NCBI GenBank assembly: GCA_963662715.1
Contig: OY759724.1
Span: forward strand, 450,001-482,000
Length of the DNA: 32,000 nucleotides
From: Candidatus Omnitrophota bacterium
GTDB lineage: Bacteria; Omnitrophota; Gorgyraeia; Zapsychrales; JANLHA01
Reading direction: 5' to 3'
The notes below the pieces were generated by a model. The model searched no databases, was not told the DNA's origin, and worked only from the letters and a program-made list of their open reading frames with translations. The position numbers were made by a program, and so were the translations under genes. Shown here piece by piece: positions 27,303 to 32,000 of the stretch (positions are counted from its first letter, which is position 1; each line of letters begins with the position of its first letter).

Positions 27303-27391
27303 AATATCATCCTTTAGTTTCGAAGGGTTGATGGTCTTTATTTAAAAAAGTTCAACGGCCCCCTCTCTGTTCAATCCGCTATTCTTAAATC

Positions 27392-27419
27392 ATTATATCC
27401 ATTTCACCTCTTATGCCAA
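27392..27419 (-). promoter_or_regulatory. Sigma70-type promoter TTGGCA-N16-TATAAT for the nitroreductase gene
   Basis: Minus-strand -35 TTGGCA (27414..27419), a 16-nt spacer, a perfect -10 TATAAT (27392..27397). It lies about 90 nt upstream of ATG 27302. Confidence 0.65.
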
Positions 27420-27478
27420 GCGATTATTTACCGATCCTGATCATTGATTTATCATAAAGATCCTCCCGGAATCCTAAA

Positions 27479-28819
27479 TTAGAAATCGATCTGGGTCCTC
27501 AATCCTCCGACAACAACTGTCTTGTCTCCGTTGGCGGCATCCCGTCCATAGGGATTCCAGATGACTTGCAGGTCCGGGCTGACCGACACATGGTCATTGA
27601 CCTTATAATTGTAATAACTCTCCAAATGGTACTCGACAGCAGCTTTCAAGGAGGCGTCTGACTTTTTATAATCATCGGAAGGAATAATACCGCCAAAGGC
27701 AAAACCGGCAACATCATTCTCCCGGCCCCACATGTCCGCACGGCACTGCATACCGACACTGAAAGACTGCTCCAGAGAAATATCTTCCCCGTTCAGGAAC
27801 ACCTCGGGATTCTGCCAGGAATACCGGGCGAAAAGGCCTATCTGCTCGGTGACTTCCTGGTCAAAACTGACCCCAAACCCGTACCCTTTTTCTTTGGTTT
27901 TGGCCAAATCGTCCCATTTCGTATGTTCCCGGTCGCTGACCCATCCTAACACCCGGTAGTGGCCATCCAGCCCCAAAAGTTCCGGCTTGAAATCGACCTG
28001 TCCGGCAAAGAAGCCATTATCAAAAAAATTGTCCCAGTCACTGTCCCCGTCCATAACCAGGGCATCGATATCAACGGCTTCATTCAGGGCAACGCCGACA
28101 TGCAGCCCCCCGGCATTATCAGGGAATTCAATGGTCGGAGAATTCTTAAATATCCCCCCTAAAAATTGAGTGCATTCGTCATTGGCATACTCATTATGAT
28201 CCAGATACTCGGTCGGGCTAAGCTTTCCCAGAGTCACGGTCAAAGGCTCAGAGGAATATTCATACAAAAATTCCGTAACCTGAACTTGATTATCGCTGTC
28301 ATCCGCATCACTATTGACGCTGCTGAAAAGCTTCAGGTCATTATCCACACCGGCCCCGTCACCGGTTTCCAGGTGAAGAAAAGCCCTGCCGCTGTCTGCA
28401 ATACTTTTTTCCACTTCCAGATCAACAGAATAAGAGGCATCCCCGACATCCTCACCATTTTGAGCGATATCATCGCCGTTGGCATGGTCAGTAAACTGAT
28501 AAATAAGCGTGCCGCCGGCTCCGATGGCAATCCCCTCGGCCCAGGCCGCCCCGGGATCGGAAGAAGGTTCGGGATCCAGGCTCTCTTCGAGCCCTGATAC
28601 CCGCGCCTCAACCAGAGCTGTTTTCCTCTGCTGTGCCTTTTCTTTGGTCTCATATTCCGAAAGCCGGCTTTCCAGCTCCTTGATGCGGGACTCCATTTGT
28701 TCCATTCGTTCGATAACGGCTTCATCCTTTAACTCGGCCCAACCCGTTCCCGGCCAGGCGAAAACACCGCCCCCGAGACAAATACACAGTATCCCTATTC
28801 TCCAGAAATTCCGCCGCAT
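27479..28819 (-). CDS. Outer-membrane porin with N-terminal coiled coil (OprB/DcaP-like architecture), strongly acidic barrel
   Basis: 446 aa. Signal peptide MRRNFWRIGILCICLGGGVFAWPGTGWA. Coiled coil ERMEQMESRIKELESRLSEYETKEKAQQ. Alternating beta-strand pattern and C-terminal GGLRTQIDF (terminal Phe). GGGAGGAG SD. The start is 34 nt after the cbiO stop. Confidence 0.7.
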   Translation of the reverse strand: MRRNFWRIGILCICLGGGVFAWPGTGWAELKDEAVIERMEQMESRIKELESRLSEYETKEKAQQRKTALVEARVSGLEESLDPEPSSDPGAAWAEGIAIGAGGTLIYQFTDHANGDDIAQNGEDVGDASYSVDLEVEKSIADSGRAFLHLETGDGAGVDNDLKLFSSVNSDADDSDNQVQVTEFLYEYSSEPLTVTLGKLSPTEYLDHNEYANDECTQFLGGIFKNSPTIEFPDNAGGLHVGVALNEAVDIDALVMDGDSDWDNFFDNGFFAGQVDFKPELLGLDGHYRVLGWVSDREHTKWDDLAKTKEKGYGFGVSFDQEVTEQIGLFARYSWQNPEVFLNGEDISLEQSFSVGMQCRADMWGRENDVAGFAFGGIIPSDDYKKSDASLKAAVEYHLESYYNYKVNDHVSVSPDLQVIWNPYGRDAANGDKTVVVGGLRTQIDF

Positions 28820-28853
28820 GAAACTCCTCCCTTCATTAAGAAATGCTATGGGG

Positions 28854-29510
28854 TTATTGAGACTTTAAAATAAACCGGCTGTTTTTTAAGATATAAATAC
28901 GCGGGCACAACGCCTCCAGAAAATCTCTGTCATGAGAAGCGATCAGTAAAGAATGACAGGTATTTTTCAGATAATCCGTGATCCTCTCAATAACGTTGTC
29001 ATCGATACTCGCTGTCGGTTCATCAAGGATGAGAACGTCCGGGCTCATCGCCAGAATCCCGGCCAAGGAAACAAGCCGTTTCTGCCCCCAGGACAACTTG
29101 GTCGTAATCCGCTGTCTTAAAGCTGTAATCCCCAAGTCTTCGGAAATATTCTTTACGCGTTTCCGGGTTTCCGTCAAATCCAGGCCCAGGTTCAGGGGGC
29201 CGAAAGAAATATCCTCTTCCACCGTCGGACAAAAAACCTGGTCATCCGGGTCCTGAAATAAATATCCTATTCTTTTTCTCGCATCCGCAAAGTCTTTCTC
29301 CGCTTCCCTGTTTTCTCCGAACAAAACGACCTTTCCCTGCTGAGGAAGGCGCAAACCCATAATAAGAGAAAACAGCGTGGTCTTCCCGCTGCCGTTGGCG
29401 CCCATAATCCCGACGCGTTCTCCACTCTTAAGCGCGAAATCAAGCCCCTCAAAGACCTTAATCTCCGGAGTATATTCGTAAGTGATATTTTCTAATCGAA
29501 TTATGTCCAT
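28854..29510 (-). CDS. cbiO: ECF transporter ATPase component (CbiO/NikO)
   Basis: Start moved to ATG 29510 (MDIIRLENITYEY), overlapping the cbiQ stop by 10 nt (ATGGACATAA). Walker A GANGSGKTT, signature variant LSWGQKRLVSLAG, Walker B VLILDEPTASID. Confidence 0.85.
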   Translation of the reverse strand: MDIIRLENITYEYTPEIKVFEGLDFALKSGERVGIMGANGSGKTTLFSLIMGLRLPQQGKVVLFGENREAEKDFADARKRIGYLFQDPDDQVFCPTVEEDISFGPLNLGLDLTETRKRVKNISEDLGITALRQRITTKLSWGQKRLVSLAGILAMSPDVLILDEPTASIDDNVIERITDYLKNTCHSLLIASHDRDFLEALCPRIYILKNSRFILKSQ

Positions 29511-30247
29511 AATGCGGCCTGAACCACAAGAAGCGTGCCGATAAGGCCGGCAAAAATCACGTCGCTTCTTTTCCATTGAAAATGTATCAACATCGGGAAA
29601 TCCCCCCGGAACCCCCTTAATTGCAGCGCCTGATATATCCGCTGCGATCTGTCATAGCTATTGACAAAAAGCATCCCGATCATGTAGGCCAGCGTCCGGA
29701 ATGTGTGAATATCCGTTTTAGCCCGGAAAGCCCTTATTCTCACAGCACTAAGCATGCGCTCATACTCTTCATGCAAGACAGCCACATAACGGTAAAGAAA
29801 TATCGCAATATACACCAGTTTTTTAGGGCACTTCAAATGAAAAAGGGCGTGCGCAAAAGTAAAAGGCTCTGTTGTTCCGATCAGGGATATTGTGAAAAGA
29901 TAAAGGGCATTCGCCTTCAGGGCAATAAGACTTGCATAAACAGCGCCTTGCCGGCTGAATGTTAGGCCCATACAGGTAAAAAGAGGCGTGCCGTCTATGC
30001 TGAACGGAAGGGTCAGCCATAAAAACAGAATAAAACCATTAAAGATAAAGCATCGATTCAAAAGGGCTTGCCAGTCGACATGTGCGAAGAAAACAAATGT
30101 CCCGGCTAAAAGGAAATACAGCAAAGCGGCTTCCCAGCGCTGCAAAGCGGCCACCGCAAAGACTAAAGGGATAAAAACTATAATTTTTATCCGCGGATCA
30201 AGACGGTGAAAGAAAGAATTCCCTTTTGAAAAAATATCAAGATGCAT
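29501..30247 (-). CDS. cbiQ: ECF transporter transmembrane T component (CbiQ/NikQ)
   Basis: Polytopic protein with N-terminal FHRLDPRIKIIVFIPLVF and a conserved ARG-type loop (RIRAFRAKT...ALQLRGF). The track start 30262 is TTG. ATG 30247 (MHLDIF) is preferred, but the start is uncertain. Confidence 0.8.
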   Translation of the reverse strand: MHLDIFSKGNSFFHRLDPRIKIIVFIPLVFAVAALQRWEAALLYFLLAGTFVFFAHVDWQALLNRCFIFNGFILFLWLTLPFSIDGTPLFTCMGLTFSRQGAVYASLIALKANALYLFTISLIGTTEPFTFAHALFHLKCPKKLVYIAIFLYRYVAVLHEEYERMLSAVRIRAFRAKTDIHTFRTLAYMIGMLFVNSYDRSQRIYQALQLRGFRGDFPMLIHFQWKRSDVIFAGLIGTLLVVQAALWT

Positions 30248-30845
30248 GTTGTTTCTTGACAATATAAATTAATGAAAATACGGCGATGATCCATCCCACC
30301 CCGCTTATGATAAAAACCGGCTGAGGTTCAGAATTTTGTTTTTCCAGCTGACGGACACGCTGTTCTAAGATTTGGAATTCTTCAAGCAGGGACGCACATT
30401 CACTCGCGGAAAAATCCCTCTCAATAACCGCTTCCTGTTCCCGGGGCTGGACGGCTTTCTTCCGCTCCAGGACAAACTCCCCGCGATGTCCTTGCCCGGC
30501 GTTCAGAACGGTCCTCAGAGGGACATCCGTATTTATCTTCATGGCAAACACGCCTTTTTCATCCGTTGTCGTTGTCCCGATCACCGTATCATTTTCCAGA
30601 TTATAAATGATAATTTCCGCCTTTTGGGCCGGACGGCCTCCGCTGAAATAACCTTCCCCGCGCAGAGTATCATTGTCCATGTAGCAGAAAAGGTTCACTT
30701 TATGGGCCCAGGCGGCCGTTTCAGGAAGAAGCCATAAACTGAGAATCAAGGTCATTTTGGCAAAACATAAAAAAACATCTCTTAGCAAGGAATTCCGCCT
30801 TGGGAGATAATGAAAAATTAACCGAACGTGTTGAATCAGTTCCAT
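30237..30845 (-). CDS. NikL-like accessory component: TM or signal segment, ~130-aa periplasmic beta domain, C-terminal TM
   Basis: Its position between the M and Q genes matches the nikK-M-L-Q-O order. Hydrophobic MTLILSLWLLPETAAWA, then a transthyretin-like stretch (AEIIIYNLENDTVIGTTTTDEKGVFAM), then a C-terminal TM VFIISGVGWIIAVFSLIYIV. ATG 30845 has a GGAG SD and overlaps the cbiM stop by 10 nt. An internal start at 30755 is possible. Confidence 0.6.
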   Translation of the reverse strand: MELIQHVRLIFHYLPRRNSLLRDVFLCFAKMTLILSLWLLPETAAWAHKVNLFCYMDNDTLRGEGYFSGGRPAQKAEIIIYNLENDTVIGTTTTDEKGVFAMKINTDVPLRTVLNAGQGHRGEFVLERKKAVQPREQEAVIERDFSASECASLLEEFQILEQRVRQLEKQNSEPQPVFIISGVGWIIAVFSLIYIVKKQHAS

Positions 30846-31432
30846 ATCATCTCCGGTTTAACTTTTTTAAAGAATTGTAAGACCATCGCTGCGATGAGGC
30901 CATCCATCACCATAACGGGTATATGAGCCAGAAAAATCAATTTTGCTGAATTCCAAAAATGGTCTCCGCTTAAGACAAGAAAAACACTTAAAAGCAGCCC
31001 GCTTAAAAATACGGATAAAAAGCCCACGCAAAACCCGATAAGAGGTTCCGGGAGGATATGCTTGCGGAGGGCCGGGGAAAAAATCAAATAACAAACATAA
31101 GCTGGGAGGGCCATATTGAGAGTGTTGACCCCCAGACTCGTTAAGCCTCCGAACTGAAAAAGAACGGCCTGAAAAGCCAGGGCGATAAATATGGCACAAA
31201 AGCATGCCGGACCTAAGAGCAAACCTATCAGCCCGTTAAGAATCAGATGGACATTGCCCGGGCCCAGGGGGATATGGATCAATGCGGCGACAAAAAAAGT
31301 TGCCGAGAAAACAGCTGTCCGGACAATGTCCTTATCTTTCAGCTGCCACAGGCTCATTCCGACAGTCACGGTCGTGAGAGCATAGCCGGCCGTTATAACA
31401 GGGAAGGACAAAACCCCTTCGGAAATATGCAT
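30836..31432 (-). CDS. cbiM: ECF transporter substrate-capture component (CbiM/NikM)
   Basis: 198 aa. It begins MHISEGVL, the metal-ligating N-terminus characteristic of CbiM/NikM, and is a polytopic membrane protein. Confidence 0.88.
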   Translation of the reverse strand: MHISEGVLSFPVITAGYALTTVTVGMSLWQLKDKDIVRTAVFSATFFVAALIHIPLGPGNVHLILNGLIGLLLGPACFCAIFIALAFQAVLFQFGGLTSLGVNTLNMALPAYVCYLIFSPALRKHILPEPLIGFCVGFLSVFLSGLLLSVFLVLSGDHFWNSAKLIFLAHIPVMVMDGLIAAMVLQFFKKVKPEMIWN

Positions 31433-31437
31433 GACCT

Positions 31438-32000
31438 TTATTCCATGTTATAAGCTTTTAACCACAAAACAGCCCCGATCTCAACGGGCTTTTCTTCGTC
31501 TTCAAATTTGATAGTCTGCTTATCCTCATTCAGGGCCGCAAACCCCCACCATCCTGCTTTGGGAATAGCGTAGCTAAAAACCCCGTTGGCATCGCATTTG
31601 ATCACCTGAGTAACAAAAGGCGCTTTCGGCGCGTGATAGCGGCCTGCTTCATTATAAAATTCCACCTCGACTTCACTGAACGGGGCCGGACGGCCGTCGA
31701 CCTTGACAACACCCTGAAAAACATTCCCGGCATAAATCCCGAACGGGCGGGTCAGGGGAACGATCTCGGTTTTTAACCCTACTTCAGAATCCCATCCTTC
31801 TTCTTTCCCGTAGGCATCAACAACAACCTTTGTGTAATGCACAATGTAACAATCTTCCGCCGGCTCCCAGTAAGGCTGGGGCACCATATAAAAAATATAG
31901 TCTCCAGGCCTTTTGATTTTATAATCGGTCTGCCATCCCTTGAATGCTTCTTTATCGGCATAAAGTTCAAAATTTAAGGACTTGAGACTTCCGCTCAGGT
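31438..32000 (-). CDS. NikK-like periplasmic component (DUF4198 family); N-terminus lies beyond the right window edge
   Basis: The frame stays open upstream of the track's first Met (31887) to the window edge: ...[49 protein letters not shown]... Blocks [41 protein letters not shown] fit DUF4198. Confidence 0.75.
   Translation of the reverse strand, partial: LSGSLKSLNFELYADKEAFKGWQTDYKIKRPGDYIFYMVPQPYWEPAEDCYIVHYTKVVVDAYGKEEGWDSEVGLKTEIVPLTRPFGIYAGNVFQGVVKVDGRPAPFSEVEVEFYNEAGRYHAPKAPFVTQVIKCDANGVFSYAIPKAGWWGFAALNEDKQTIKFEDEEKPVEIGAVLWLKAYNME

Noticed and set aside
1-32000. Mobile elements, CRISPR arrays, tRNA/rRNA genes and defence systems
   Set aside because: I found no regularly spaced direct repeats, no transposase/integrase/recombinase-like ORFs, no terminal inverted repeats flanking a segment, and no tRNA-like T-arm or anticodon-arm signatures in the intergenic gaps. 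No nuclease, methylase or NTPase combinations typical of defence islands are present either.

Overview
The window is dense bacterial chromosome. All 28 protein-coding genes I can support lie on the minus strand, and I found no rRNA, tRNA, CRISPR array or transposase. Listed by ascending coordinate, which is the reverse of transcription order:

- **1..11703:** a tight five-gene alpha-glucan/trehalose operon, glgE, treS-pep2 fusion, glgB, treZ, treY. treY runs off the left edge and is missing from the ORF track.
- **12027..16646:** an isolated S-adenosylmethionine decarboxylase gene flanked by AT-rich spacers, a signal-peptide SlyD-type FKBP, a membrane-anchored SGNH hydrolase, a DEAD-box helicase and a small secreted beta-rich protein.
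- **16768..18902:** a TetR regulator plus a B12-binding radical SAM enzyme, with a clear promoter and operator.
- **19012..26635:** a nine-gene envelope cluster. It contains a Tyr-rich secreted repeat protein, two paralogous coiled-coil proteins, TolC-MacA-MacB, an ECF sigma, a ZAS anti-sigma and a His-rich LTXXQ periplasmic protein.
- **26772..32000:** a nitroreductase, then a nikK-M-L-Q-O type ECF metal importer followed by a very acidic coiled-coil porin. The nikK-like gene runs off the right edge.

The most interesting signal is the envelope cluster. The same bipartite ECF-type promoter motif, GTAACTTTTT-N12-TTGTCTAA, occurs with identical spacing before its first gene and directly before the sigma gene. 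This suggests a self-amplifying, functionally undescribed stress/export module. The rest is mostly recognisable housekeeping or accessory metabolism. Product calls rest on motif recognition by eye; no database search was possible.
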